Part shown: piece by piece, positions 19,260-29,812 of the stretch
Position numbering within the stretch: position 1 is the stretch's first letter
How the letters are laid out: each line of letters begins with the position of its first letter
IMG/VR virus record: IMGVR_UViG_3300050014_000899
DNA length: 64,000 nucleotides
Source of the DNA: a virus
Direction: 5' to 3' (one strand)
Position numbers and translations under genes: made by a program
The notes under the pieces: model-generated
The model's database searches: none
Seen by the model: the letters and a program-made list of their open reading frames with translations, nothing else
Told to the model about the DNA's origin: nothing

Positions 19260-19593
19260 CTGTAATTCTTTTAACAAATTTTCTATTTTCTTTCTTGACC
19301 CATTTTTTCCAACTATCTTCTTTTGCTTTAGACCATTTGGCTAGATTCATATCCCCATCAAGAATAGGTCTTTTTAAAGCTCTTTTGACATATTTCATTA
19401 TGGTCTTTAGACTTTTAACATCTGGAAGAGCTTGTAATATATTTTGTTCTCCTGTAGCAACAGGTTTGCCATTTTCATAATGGACTTCAAATATTGAGAA
19501 ACCCCGTTATCCTGTTGAACCAGGCAGACCCGGAATCCATCTTGTTACTATGCGAAGATTCCAATAACGCTCCGGCTTTTTATTTTTTCCCAT
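19246..19593 (-). pseudogene. Hypothetical gene interrupted by one in-frame TAA (19507-19509)
   Basis: MGKNKKPERYWNLRIVT..STG*RGFSIFEVHYENGKP..KRPILD continues in frame to a TAG. Confidence 0.6.
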
Positions 19594-20372
19594 TATTTTA
19601 TATGTGTTAAACCAATTTTTCCGCAAAGATATTTATCTTTGAAGTGTTCCATAAAACGATCAAAGTCTTTGCTAGCTTTATCTTTTGACCAAAATGGTGG
19701 CCATATTTCTTTTGCTGCTACTTCTTTGATAGTTTCAATACTGATGTCTCTGAAGAAGGTCTGAACTGTTTTTAATCTACCTCCTTTATCTACTTCCAAA
19801 ATCATAGCTGTTCTTTTTTCATCTGCCGAGGTAAATGTTTCTTTTAGGTCCTCCGGATTAAATTTAGCATGAAATGCTTTATGATAGTCTTCTAAAAGCC
19901 AACAAAGATAGTCGAAGTTACTTTCCAATCGTTTACTTTCATAGATCCAGTCTCTTTTTCTTACTTTCCATTCATGTTGACAATCATTGCATTTATTGAC
20001 TTCGTTTGTGTCTAATTTGCCGTGACCCTCCCCATGAATTGATCCGCTGGTACCTCTTAAAAATCCTCCATCGAAATCTCCATCAATATAGCTATCAAAT
20101 TGTCCCTGTATCCTTTTTATTCTTTCATTGACATGTTTTGAACCACATTTGGGGCATTTGTCATTTAGAGTACTGCACCACCATTTATCGGTCTCATTTT
20201 GCTTGTCAGCTTCCTCATTTGCTCTTTTCTTAAGTATTTGAAACTCTGCTTTTATTTTTTCAAGCCGAACTTTCTTAGATTCTTCTGCAACTTCTTCTAT
20301 TTCTTTTTTCTGTCTTGCTATTTCTATTTTTTTAGCTGCAATAGCTTTTAATCCGAACCAATCAATTGACAT
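19593..20372 (-). CDS. Hypothetical protein with zinc ribbon
   Basis: CPKCGS..CNDCQHEW; first gene of the leftward unit. Confidence 0.6.
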   Translation of the reverse strand: MSIDWFGLKAIAAKKIEIARQKKEIEEVAEESKKVRLEKIKAEFQILKKRANEEADKQNETDKWWCSTLNDKCPKCGSKHVNERIKRIQGQFDSYIDGDFDGGFLRGTSGSIHGEGHGKLDTNEVNKCNDCQHEWKVRKRDWIYESKRLESNFDYLCWLLEDYHKAFHAKFNPEDLKETFTSADEKRTAMILEVDKGGRLKTVQTFFRDISIETIKEVAAKEIWPPFWSKDKASKDFDRFMEHFKDKYLCGKIGLTHIK

Positions 20373-20395
20373 AAGTTAGGGTTTTAATTTGGGAG

Positions 20396-20451
20396 CTAAT
20401 ATACGAACTATTTCCCATATAAATTTCTTTTGCCGGTTAAAGGCTCGTTAA
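20396..20451 (-). promoter_or_regulatory. Leftward promoter (TATATTAG -7 box) with TTAAC direct repeats
   Basis: gttaa at 20436-40 and 20447-51; proximal repeat 37 bp from the box. Confidence 0.6.
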
Positions 20452-20684
20452 AAATAGGGTATCTTTAATAGATGCGGTCGTTCGCGGGCGAGTGCGTGCG
20501 TATGAGAATAAAAAATTTGCGAGGATTTTATTAGTTCCATATAAGGTACCTTCTAAACTCTCTCTGGACACTCTTTTTATGCGACCCACGCGTTAAGTTT
20601 TGTTAAAACCGTTATTTTTTCGTTAAAAAGAATTTTGTAAAACTTTTTGTAGTACTTTTGTAAAATACCAAAATGTAGAAAATT

Positions 20685-20975
20685 ATGAAGAAAGAATTAC
20701 GTATTGATTTTAATAAAGGGGAAGACTATAAGATCGACCTCAAAATTATTGCAGCTCTCATTGCTAATAAAGAGTTTGAAAATAAAATGGAAGGCAACTT
20801 AGATGCTTATACAAACCGGATTGATGAACTCTTTGAAGATGAAATGCTCATCTTCGAACAAATCTGGGATATTCCATGGGATGTTTTAAAAGAATACGCT
20901 GTAAGAGTAGGTGGGCCCAACATCGGAAAAGAATGGGCATCCGGCGAAGCAACGGTTAGCGTAATTGAAAAATAG
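20685..20975 (+). CDS. Hypothetical protein
   Basis: First ORF after the strand switch; TACTTTTG box at 20653. Confidence 0.55.
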   Translation: MKKELRIDFNKGEDYKIDLKIIAALIANKEFENKMEGNLDAYTNRIDELFEDEMLIFEQIWDIPWDVLKEYAVRVGGPNIGKEWASGEATVSVIEK

Positions 20976-21199
20976 TTTCAAAAATATTTTTTAGTTTGGG
21001 GTTCTTTTTGTATATTTGCGAAACATTTACATATATGAATAAGCCCCCATTAGACATTATTAAAGTAAAAAAGGTTCTAAAATCCCCTATTTTTTCGGAT
21101 ACTCAAATTAGAAAGATCCGAACATTTTGGAAAACTGGGAAAATACAATAAGTGCAAAAGTGCCTGGATTTTATGAGATATATAAAATAAAGGTGATAA

Positions 21200-21922
21200 A
21201 TGTTTCATTATTGTTATTTGACTATTAATAAGATTTCAGGAAAAATTTATATTGGGTCGCATAGTTCCGAAAAGGAGTTTGATGAAATCTATTTTGGCTC
21301 CGGATTATTATTAGATAGAGCTATAAAAAAACATAGCAAAACTAATTTTATTTCTTTTCCTATAAAATATTATTCAGATCGAAATGAATCTTATAAAGAT
21401 GAGAAAAAATATATTCAACTTTTTGAAAGCTTGAATCCAAATGGATATAATACTCCTCCTAATGGAGGAGTATTTGCTCCAAATTTTCATGATGAAAAAA
21501 CCAAACAACATTTTAGCAAATTATATAAAAATGTATCTTGGGAACAAAAATTTGGTAAAGAAGAATCTGATAGAAGAAAGAAAGAATATAGATTACAAAG
21601 ATCTGGAAAAACCCTTATAGAAATATTAGGCGAAGAGGGGGCAAAAAGAAGAGGAGAAAAAATTGGAAAAGCTTTGCAGGGAATAAATCGTTCTTCCGAA
21701 ACAAAAGAAAAAATTAGAAAAAAATTAAAGGGGAGATCTTTTGAAGAAATCCACGGAAAAGAAAAATCGGATCAAATAAAACAAAATATAGGAACTTCTC
21801 TTAGAGGAAAAAAAAGAAGAAAAATGTCAGATCAAGCAAGAAAAAATATGAGTAATGCAAAAAAAGGATCCACCCCATGGAATAAGGGTTTATTAACAAA
21901 AAAAGTAGTTTCTTTATCTTAA
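21200..21922 (+). CDS. GIY-YIG homing endonuclease with NUMOD3-like repeats
   Basis: YCYLTINKISGKIYIGSH, YFGSG, NGYN, PWNKG. Confidence 0.88.
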   Translation: MFHYCYLTINKISGKIYIGSHSSEKEFDEIYFGSGLLLDRAIKKHSKTNFISFPIKYYSDRNESYKDEKKYIQLFESLNPNGYNTPPNGGVFAPNFHDEKTKQHFSKLYKNVSWEQKFGKEESDRRKKEYRLQRSGKTLIEILGEEGAKRRGEKIGKALQGINRSSETKEKIRKKLKGRSFEEIHGKEKSDQIKQNIGTSLRGKKRRKMSDQARKNMSNAKKGSTPWNKGLLTKKVVSLS

Positions 21923-21974
21923 TTAAAGATAAGTCCTTTACTGTTTTAATCAAATCTCGAAAGGAGGAATACAA

Positions 21975-22502
21975 ATGACGGAAAAATTAGTTTTCAAGAA
22001 AATGGACGGTACCATAATTGCCGACGTAAATCAGTATGTTAAGGAATGGGCATCAATAAACCCATTCGGAACTGTAACTATTGGTTGTGACTCTCAGGAG
22101 TTCGCAAGATACGTTAAGTATGCTATCGTTATTGTTATGCACGTAAAAGACAAGTATAATGTTGGACACGGAGCTCACGTCATTAACTGTACCCTTTTCG
22201 ATAAGGAAATTAAGGCAAAGAAGGTAGCTCCGAAGCCAGCTGGCGACTCGAAGGATTTCGACACTTCCAAACTTCACCAGAAGCTTTGGCAGGAAGTTGA
22301 ACTTACCATTCAGACTGCACAGATGCTTGAAGGCTGTACCAAGAAGGTTAAAATCCACCTTGACTACAACTCAGACGCTCACGAAATGTCCAACGTACTT
22401 TACGCTTCGGGTATTGGATATGCTCAGGGAATGGGATACGAAGCATGTGGAAAGCCATGGTCATGGGCCGCAACTCACACAGCTGATGCTCTATGTAGAT
22501 AA
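21975..22502 (+). CDS. RNase H-like YkuK/DUF458 family protein
   Basis: IGCDSQ, KLWQEVE, IHLDYN, KPWSWAATHTAD. Confidence 0.8.
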   Translation: MTEKLVFKKMDGTIIADVNQYVKEWASINPFGTVTIGCDSQEFARYVKYAIVIVMHVKDKYNVGHGAHVINCTLFDKEIKAKKVAPKPAGDSKDFDTSKLHQKLWQEVELTIQTAQMLEGCTKKVKIHLDYNSDAHEMSNVLYASGIGYAQGMGYEACGKPWSWAATHTADALCR

Positions 22503-22555
22503 AAAAAGTCCCCAAATTATTTTTTAGTTTGGGGATTTTTGTATACATTTGCAAT

Positions 22556-23320
22556 ATGAAAAACTTAGTTACACAGTTAAGACAGGGAAAGGCTCTCAAC
22601 GAGGTTAAAGAAACCAAAGGAGATATTGAAGATCGCTGGTTTGGCAGCCGAGGATCTACTTATCATGATGTAGACGGAGTTTCTCCATTTAAAAGAATCG
22701 AACGTATCTGCGAATCTTTTCTTGGCAAGCAGTTCGATAAAGCTTTTGCCGAATACTGCAAACAGGTTCCTGTTTACCAGCAGAAGTTCTTCCTTCAGGA
22801 GTTCGAGCCAAAAAGATGGCACAGCGAATACTGGGATTTTTACTATGTTGACAAACAGGGTAATATCCAGAAGAATCGTGGAACCCATCACAAAAAAGGA
22901 AAAAAAGTTTACTATTATTCCGATGATTATAAAACTGAACTTCGCCACAAAGTTACTGGTGAATCCAAACCTGAATTTTCATGGTTAATGAAAAAATGGA
23001 AATATAAAGATGAGGATTTTGTTCAGACCGTTGTTTCCGGATATGCTCGTGAGTTCAGCTCTGGCAAAGATCCAGAATTCATGAGACTTGTTGCTGATCA
23101 GAAAAAACGTAGAGCTAAAGAAGCTAGACTTCGGGAAAAAGAAGCTGCTGCAAAGGCTTATTCTTTCATCAGCATGACTGAAAAAGAAATTGAAAAAGAT
23201 AAAGCAAAAGATAGGGTCAAGATTGAAGCCAAAGGTTTTGATTATGAAACATCTTTCCGCAATGTTGGTATCAATCCTGATGCCATCAAAGAACACCAGA
23301 CTTTAAAAGATAAAAAATAA
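22556..23320 (+). CDS. Hypothetical protein
   Basis: ATG after TACATTTG box; long ORF. Confidence 0.6.
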   Translation: MKNLVTQLRQGKALNEVKETKGDIEDRWFGSRGSTYHDVDGVSPFKRIERICESFLGKQFDKAFAEYCKQVPVYQQKFFLQEFEPKRWHSEYWDFYYVDKQGNIQKNRGTHHKKGKKVYYYSDDYKTELRHKVTGESKPEFSWLMKKWKYKDEDFVQTVVSGYAREFSSGKDPEFMRLVADQKKRRAKEARLREKEAAAKAYSFISMTEKEIEKDKAKDRVKIEAKGFDYETSFRNVGINPDAIKEHQTLKDKK

Positions 23321-23608
23321 TGGAACAAGGAATGGAAGAAGGAATCCTGGTAATTTACGAAAAGTGTTGCGACGAAGTTCAAATTAATAATGAATATATT
23401 TGCACCATTTTTCAGTGGTTGATTGATAATGGTTATGATATAACAAAAAACATAAAGTAATGGAACAGGAAATTTGGTACAGAATGGAACAAACAAGCGT
23501 TCCCAGAAAAGTGACAATGGTCGTTGATCAGCTCGAATATCCTTCTAATACGTTGATCGAAGACTGGATCAGACAGAATTTAGGTTATGTTTATGATTGG
23601 TGGTGCTA

Positions 23609-24040
23609 ATGAAAAAAGAAATAAAAGATCGGAATATCCGGATAGCTGGATTTATGGGCTTCTCATATTTAACTGAGAATGTTTATAGATTTATCGGTGG
23701 CCCAATTGAGGGGGAAGAAGAATATATTGGCGATCTTGTTTCCAAAAAGCCATTAGATTCATATGAGAGTCACGGAACTACTTTTATTCGAAACCGATAT
23801 AATGACTATGAATATCTTTCTGACTATTGCAATTCTTGGGATGCTCTTCTTCGGGTTGTAAAAGAAATAAGGGGTCGTCAGCCTAAAAATGAAGATTACA
23901 AGCCTACCCATTTTTTCTTGGAATATCCATTTTATGTTACAGCAATAGATGAGGCTCTTTTGAAACTCGATATTGGATTAGTTCTAAAAGAAGTCCTAGA
24001 ATTTATTAATTGGTACTATAAATATGTAGATGAAAAATAA
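23609..24040 (+). CDS. Hypothetical phage protein
   Basis: N..IA.FMG..SWDALL.VV.EI..V.EFI.WY pattern. Confidence 0.6.
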   Translation: MKKEIKDRNIRIAGFMGFSYLTENVYRFIGGPIEGEEEYIGDLVSKKPLDSYESHGTTFIRNRYNDYEYLSDYCNSWDALLRVVKEIRGRQPKNEDYKPTHFFLEYPFYVTAIDEALLKLDIGLVLKEVLEFINWYYKYVDEK

Positions 24041-24150
24041 GGAGGAAACTTTTATTTGTATGGAAGGAGATATTATTGCTCTTATCAAAACAACAAATAA
24101 GGAGAAAGCTGCCAAAATATTTGCTAAACTAAAAAAGGAACAAAAGAAAA

Positions 24151-24483
24151 ATGGTTAAGATTCCTCTATATTTTTTAGATGGTATTCCTTTTGCATCCGG
24201 ATATGAACGTGTAGTTCATGGGGGAAGGGGAGCATACGTCGAACTTACTAGAGATCAAATCTTGGTTTCTCTTAAATCTCATTTTGATCAAGAAGTACCT
24301 GGCGAAATATCTCCGGAACCATTTTATTACTATTGGCTTGATCCCGAAGGAAGAAAGGAAAAGATCTATTGGCAAATTAACACTGTCAAGTATGCAGACT
24401 ATAAAATAGGATATTATTATATCTCCCCATCATTTTTACAGCCCTTTGTAGAAGTAGACCCTCATTCTACCCCCTTATTTTAA
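24151..24483 (+). CDS. Conserved hypothetical protein
   Basis: GYERVVHGGRGAYVE..Q..TV.YADYK.G.YYISP. Confidence 0.6.
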   Translation: MVKIPLYFLDGIPFASGYERVVHGGRGAYVELTRDQILVSLKSHFDQEVPGEISPEPFYYYWLDPEGRKEKIYWQINTVKYADYKIGYYYISPSFLQPFVEVDPHSTPLF

Positions 24484-24574
24484 TTGTTAAAGCTTGTTAA
24501 AATTTATCTCAAATAATTTTTTTATTTGGGATTTTTGTTGTACATTTGCCTAGTTAATTAAACTTATTCTCTCA

Positions 24575-24997
24575 ATGAAAAAATTATTTTTACTTGCAAT
24601 TGTATCGCTTTCTCTTTCATCATGCAGCATTTTGATGAAACAGCCTATGAGAACCATTTCAGTTTATGATCGCCAGTATTTTACCCCAGGCGAAGCTGTT
24701 AAAGATATTTATGCTCAGATTGCTTCTTTTGGTTTGGATTCTATTCCACTCAAAGATTGGATAACTCTGGAAGCTAATACCCCAGACACTTATGTTCTTC
24801 AGAGAACAGTTCGTTGTGCCGCTGATGCTAAAACGGGTTACAGATTTATCTACACCATCTTTGATAGCAATCGTTATGTTTTTAAAATTCTTTGTGATAC
24901 AAAAGAGAAAAAAGGAGTTCAGCCTGCCAAGTGTAAAAAAGTAGCTGTATTTTCTAATACAGAGCCTAAGAGTATTAACCCCATAGCTAGTAAGTAA
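24575..24997 (+). CDS. Putative lipoprotein
   Basis: MKK, hydrophobic stretch, LSSC lipobox. Confidence 0.7.
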   Translation: MKKLFLLAIVSLSLSSCSILMKQPMRTISVYDRQYFTPGEAVKDIYAQIASFGLDSIPLKDWITLEANTPDTYVLQRTVRCAADAKTGYRFIYTIFDSNRYVFKILCDTKEKKGVQPAKCKKVAVFSNTEPKSINPIASK

Positions 24998-24999
24998 TC

Positions 25000-25281
25000 A
25001 TGGCAGAAACTAAAATCAAAAAGTCGATAGGTTTTGACCAGATGTCAATATCCGCTAAGTTTCCGTCGGGAGCTAATTTTAGATTCTTTATTGGGAGGTC
25101 TGGGGAAAAACTCACTCTAGCATTTTCAAATGATACGAAGGAACTTGATGCACAATGTAAAATATTTGCTGATTGGATGAAACTTCGTAAAGGGGAAACC
25201 AATATAGATCGTTTCAACCGTCTTGAAGCTCTTTGCAAAAGATGTTCATCAGGAAAAGAACTCATTAATATAATGAAATAA
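25000..25281 (+). CDS. Hypothetical protein
   Basis: Operon packing. Confidence 0.55.
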   Translation: MAETKIKKSIGFDQMSISAKFPSGANFRFFIGRSGEKLTLAFSNDTKELDAQCKIFADWMKLRKGETNIDRFNRLEALCKRCSSGKELINIMK

Positions 25282-26396
25282 TGGGAAAAGGAAGTATTGG
25301 AAAATTGCCGGTACTGGGGGACATCGTTCTACCGGTACATCTTATGACTTATGATAATCGGGACAACCCCAAGCAGCATTTTCATTCCAATTTTGCTTTT
25401 TGGCACTCCGCTGATGGAGCTTCCGATGTATCCACCGATGAAGGTCAAATAGGAACTATTGGTGGAACCATGGGTGGTCATGTGGAAATGAATCGATATT
25501 ATCCCAATCTCGATAGATCCAAAGAACATACCAAAGAGGGATCTTATCGTCAATGGATTGAAGTTATCATTGATGTTCAGGATATGTGGAATCAAATCGA
25601 AGCTCTACTGGATACTCCCGGGGCTAAAGTTACTATCAATGGTCTTGAGGAAATTCAGGAAAAATATCAGGCATTAAAGAAGGCTGAACGAGAAGCAGAA
25701 GAAGTTAGAAAAGCTAAACTCGAAGCAGTACGCCAGATGCAACGTGAAGCCGAAGAAGAAGCCGAAAAGAAAGTGGCTATATCTAGTTTGGTTGGAGGAC
25801 TTTTAGCCGGAAAGAAGGAAAAAGAAAAGCTTGAAGAGAATAATAAAGTTAAATACTGGATTGGCGAATATGAAGTTATTGAAGATGGTGGATGGGATTT
25901 GACTGCCAAAATTGATACCTCGGATCATAATTACATGGAAGATGATGAGGATATATTTGATCAGAAAATCATTCCATTAAATTACGGAACTGGAATTAAA
26001 GTTATCGACAAGAAAGGAAAGATTTGGGTATCCGAGATTAAAAAGACAAAACATCCTGAGGTAACTCTTAAAATAACCTCATGGGTCGGAACTGCCGCTA
26101 TCGGAGCTATTCATTATTACGGAACTCTCAATTTTGGGCCTACCTGGCTTATTGATCCTTCCAGACCCAACTACACAACATCTACAAGAGATCTTCGAAT
26201 TTTTAATGGAAATAAAATTGCCCTCGCTCATGAACTCGAAGAATGGGAATTTAGGGATCACCCCGGTTCTTATGATGGATGGAGAGTTGGTGATTGGTAC
26301 TCGGGGTTCTATACCGAAGAAGATGTAATCAAATCGGCTCAGAAATTCTTTGACAATTATTTTGCAAAAGGTTGGAAACTTGTAATTGATAACTAA
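25281..26396 (+). CDS. Hypothetical protein with central coiled coil
   Basis: 371-aa ORF, TAATG coupling. Confidence 0.6.
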   Translation: MGKGSIGKLPVLGDIVLPVHLMTYDNRDNPKQHFHSNFAFWHSADGASDVSTDEGQIGTIGGTMGGHVEMNRYYPNLDRSKEHTKEGSYRQWIEVIIDVQDMWNQIEALLDTPGAKVTINGLEEIQEKYQALKKAEREAEEVRKAKLEAVRQMQREAEEEAEKKVAISSLVGGLLAGKKEKEKLEENNKVKYWIGEYEVIEDGGWDLTAKIDTSDHNYMEDDEDIFDQKIIPLNYGTGIKVIDKKGKIWVSEIKKTKHPEVTLKITSWVGTAAIGAIHYYGTLNFGPTWLIDPSRPNYTTSTRDLRIFNGNKIALAHELEEWEFRDHPGSYDGWRVGDWYSGFYTEEDVIKSAQKFFDNYFAKGWKLVIDN

Positions 26397-26986
26397 TGAA
26401 GAGTATAATTTTTACACTAAAGACTTCTTTAAATTTAAAGAAGGATATTCTTTACATCCTTTGGTGCTTCTCGGTTATTCCAATATTGATTATTCACGAG
26501 GGGCTTCATATTATAGCTATACTTTTAACTATGTGCGATATTTCAACTCCAGATAGATGGATATTTATAGAGAGAATTTCGAAAGACCAGATTAATGGAT
26601 TTAATTTTCCGATTACGCTTGAAGGTAAAAATCATTTTAAAAAATACTTAATTGCTTCTGCCCCGATACTGGGTTATCCAATAGCATTCCTTTTATGTCT
26701 ATGGGTTCCTATTCATTTTTTTCAACCACATAAATTAATTTGCATAACTCTAATCCAGCTGATGTTTTGTTATTTTATTTGGAATTGGGAAATTCTTGGA
26801 ATGAGTGAAGCGGATAAAAGAACCCAAAAATATTCTAAAAAAAGAATAAAATATAGAATAAAAATATGGCGTAGAAATTTTTTTATGTGGAGAAGAATTC
26901 GTATATTTGCCCTTGTCAACAAAATCAAAAATGAAAGAATTAAAGAAATCATTAGTAGTATTAAGGGGTTTACCTGGGTCAGGTAA
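26396..26986 (+). CDS. Membrane zincin-like metalloprotease
   Basis: IHEGLH, IASAP, transmembrane segments. Confidence 0.5.
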   Translation: MKSIIFTLKTSLNLKKDILYILWCFSVIPILIIHEGLHIIAILLTMCDISTPDRWIFIERISKDQINGFNFPITLEGKNHFKKYLIASAPILGYPIAFLLCLWVPIHFFQPHKLICITLIQLMFCYFIWNWEILGMSEADKRTQKYSKKRIKYRIKIWRRNFFMWRRIRIFALVNKIKNERIKEIISSIKGFTWVR

Positions 26987-27332
26987 GAATACCTTTGCAG
27001 AGCTTTTCAAAGCTCCTGTATGCTGCGCTGATGATTATCTTTATGATGCTAAAGGTAATTATGTTTGGACTCCGTATGGTGTTCGTATAGCTCATGAAAA
27101 ATGTGAAGCTAAATGTAAAGACTTAATGGAAGCCAACGAACCTTTAGTTATTGTTGCAAACATGAATGTTAAAGCTCGTGACTGGCGTGCTTATGGAAAA
27201 TTGGCTGAAGAGCACGGTTACATGGTTTTCACTGTGATAGTTGAAAATCGTCACGGAGGAAAAAACTCTCACGGGGTTACCGAAGAAATGTTAAAAGACA
27301 TCGAAGAACGTTTTTCAATAATGTTAAGATGA
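26931..27332 (+). CDS. AAA_33 P-loop kinase (polynucleotide kinase-like)
   Basis: LRGLPGSGKNT, CADD, ENRHGGKNSHGV. Confidence 0.85.
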   Translation: MKELKKSLVVLRGLPGSGKNTFAELFKAPVCCADDYLYDAKGNYVWTPYGVRIAHEKCEAKCKDLMEANEPLVIVANMNVKARDWRAYGKLAEEHGYMVFTVIVENRHGGKNSHGVTEEMLKDIEERFSIMLR

Positions 27333-27555
27333 TAAATAGGGAAACTATTACTAAAATAAAAATGAGAGATTTTCATGAAAATACTGAAACTCTTCATAGT
27401 AATATTTCTACTATTAGTCTATGCCTATGCGGCATGGAAGACCTCCGTCGATACTCGACCAATATGGGGATGGGCTTGCACAACTATTTTTGGAACTTTA
27501 TGTCTAATAGGACTTCACGAATTTTCTCATCAAAAACCTAAAAATACCGAAGAAG

Positions 27556-27753
27556 ATGGCACTACCAGTAGCGGATGAATTCAGAACAAACCCATTATCA
27601 TTAGTGCCCGGCGGACACACAGTTATTGTAACTTTCAGAGATGGATCCGAATTGGAATATGATAAAATTCACAACGTTTTCGCTTACGAAGAAGTTGCTT
27701 ATCTTAATCCGGAAGTATTGAGTGTTCGAGTTAAAAAACCAGAAACTGTCTAA
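27556..27753 (+). CDS. Hypothetical protein, paralog of 62397-62606
   Basis: Shared R.NPLSL..GG..V...Y motif. Confidence 0.6.
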   Translation: MALPVADEFRTNPLSLVPGGHTVIVTFRDGSELEYDKIHNVFAYEEVAYLNPEVLSVRVKKPETV

Positions 27754-27763
27754 AACTAAAAAT

Positions 27764-27958
27764 ATGGAAAACATGAATGAAGAATTGAAGATTGAGATTA
27801 ATGGGGTTTATAAAACTCATGTTGGTGACTTAGTAAAAATCATGGAAATCGACAAACCGAATGACAGAATTCATCTTTATAACATCTCGGATGGAGCTAA
27901 TCAATGGGTCTCATTATCAAGGGCTTTAACACATAAAATCCGGAGCAGGGTTAGATAA
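27764..27958 (+). CDS. Small SH3-like hypothetical protein
   Basis: ORF before a terminator. Confidence 0.45.
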   Translation: MENMNEELKIEINGVYKTHVGDLVKIMEIDKPNDRIHLYNISDGANQWVSLSRALTHKIRSRVR

Positions 27959-27970
27959 CCCTGCTTTTTT
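27945..27970 (+). terminator. Rho-independent terminator
   Basis: agcagggtt/aaccctgct plus T tract. Confidence 0.75.
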
Positions 27971-28048
27971 GTTAAAATTTTATTAAAAATATTTTTTTAT
28001 GTGGGAAATTATTCGTACATTTACTGAGTAATTTAAACCACAAACCAA

Positions 28049-28438
28049 ATGGGAGTATTTAAAGAACACGCACACGCATTCGAAGCAATCGAAAGAAATC
28101 AGAAAGCTATTTATAATGACGCATGTGATTTCGGTTTTCCTTATAACACTGCCAGCGCACCGCAGGATGTTAAAGCTCTTATTCATTATGTTAATGACCT
28201 TAAGGGAACAAACCTTATGGTAAACAGAACAGAATGGGGAAATAACAAAAATGGTGGCGTGAATGTTAAGATTCAGATTGGCTGGGAAATTGATGAAGGT
28301 ATGGAATGCGGATCAGAATATAATATTTCTTTTTGCAAGATGAATCCAAATCATCCTTCTCTTTTACAGAAAGGCTGCAATGCATTCATTTCGGTAACTT
28401 CTGGAAGATACAGAAAACCCGCAAAAAATAACAGATAA
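28049..28438 (+). CDS. Hypothetical protein
   Basis: ORF after promoter box at 28016. Confidence 0.55.
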   Translation: MGVFKEHAHAFEAIERNQKAIYNDACDFGFPYNTASAPQDVKALIHYVNDLKGTNLMVNRTEWGNNKNGGVNVKIQIGWEIDEGMECGSEYNISFCKMNPNHPSLLQKGCNAFISVTSGRYRKPAKNNR

Positions 28439-28443
28439 AACAA

Positions 28444-28962
28444 ATGGAAGATTTAAGACTTAAAATTTCAAAGCTTCAGGCTAGGATTGATGGACTTAAA
28501 TCCTTGAATCAAAAAGTATCTTTAAACCCACTTTACGAAACAAAGGAGAAAAAGCTCTGGCAATCATGGTCAGACGAGCTGGTAACCCTTACCGAAGGAA
28601 AAGGAACCTGGATCGATTACAAGATGAGAAATTCTCTTTTAAGAGATCTGCCTACTAATATTATATCCACCTGCGAAAGAATGATTCAGGAATACGAAAC
28701 CTGGATTGAAGGATGGAAAAAAGATCTTCTTTTGTTAGAATCCCAACCAGCAGAAGATCCCCTTAAATTAGTTTTGAAAAAAATCAATAAAGACGAAGCT
28801 GAACTTATTGGAGAAGGCCCATGGATTAAGGATGGAGCTTATCGTGTTTATAAAGTTGATGGAAAATTCTATACAATCATTGTTTATGATTGGCAGAATC
28901 TTTGGTTAATGGATGATACACTGGAAGAAATTAAAGAAGAGGAAATCGAAAACTATATTTAA
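28444..28962 (+). CDS. Hypothetical protein
   Basis: Operon packing. Confidence 0.55.
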   Translation: MEDLRLKISKLQARIDGLKSLNQKVSLNPLYETKEKKLWQSWSDELVTLTEGKGTWIDYKMRNSLLRDLPTNIISTCERMIQEYETWIEGWKKDLLLLESQPAEDPLKLVLKKINKDEAELIGEGPWIKDGAYRVYKVDGKFYTIIVYDWQNLWLMDDTLEEIKEEEIENYI

Positions 28963-29190
28963 ATGAATATAGTTTCATGAAAAACATCAAAATTATATTT
29001 AAATGAATATAGTCGAAGTCGAAAAAATTATCAATCATTTCCTGAATTGCGTGAATGTTGCGGATCTTGCTAAAAATACTGTCATCACTTTTACTGATGA
29101 CAAATATATTACAGGAACTACAGATTGCATTGAAGGAACAAAAATATTTATAATAAACGCAGATACTAAACGTATAATATCCTGGGTATA

Positions 29191-29812
29191 ATGACAGAAG
29201 AAAAAACAGCTATTCAAAAGCTCTACGATGATCCTAAAGCTAGGAACTTCGTTAATCACTTAATCAGATCTTATTTACCCGTTTATAAACCTGCCAAGGT
29301 TTGGGAATTTGAAGATAAAAAATCTCACAAATGCAATGTTTGCAATCATGATCTTATTGATCTGGGAACTGTTATAGGTCGTATGCAAACTTCCGAGGAT
29401 TTTATGAAAGATACAATTGAAGATCTGAAAAAAAGGAATTCAGGGGGAAGTCATTAAAAAAGAAGATAATGCAATGTATAAGCATATTTCTAAAGGAGCT
29501 ATTATGGCTTGGCAAGGGGAGAAAACAACTACATATCTTTGTCTTGATTGCATAAGAGAATTACTTGATCTAGTTACAACCGGTTTGCTAATGGGTGATA
29601 AAAACATTACATGGATTATCAACCAAACCAAGAGGGATCAAATTTTTACAACTTTCAAAGAAAGCCCGGTTCTTAATGAAGAAGAAAAAACAAAAGTTGA
29701 AGTTATTAAGAAACAAGCTGATAAAAAGAAAATGACTTTCGGCGATTTGGGGGTTTTACAAGCACTTAAAGAAAAAATGGAGAAGGAGGAAGCAGATGGC
29801 TTGGAGAAGTAA
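29191..29812 (+). pseudogene. Zinc-finger protein split by a frameshift in an A7 run (ORFs 29191-29457 and 29474-29812)
   Basis: Removing one A at 29428-29434 gives DLKKGIQGEVIKKEDNAMYKH and joins CNVC with CLDC. Confidence 0.6.
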
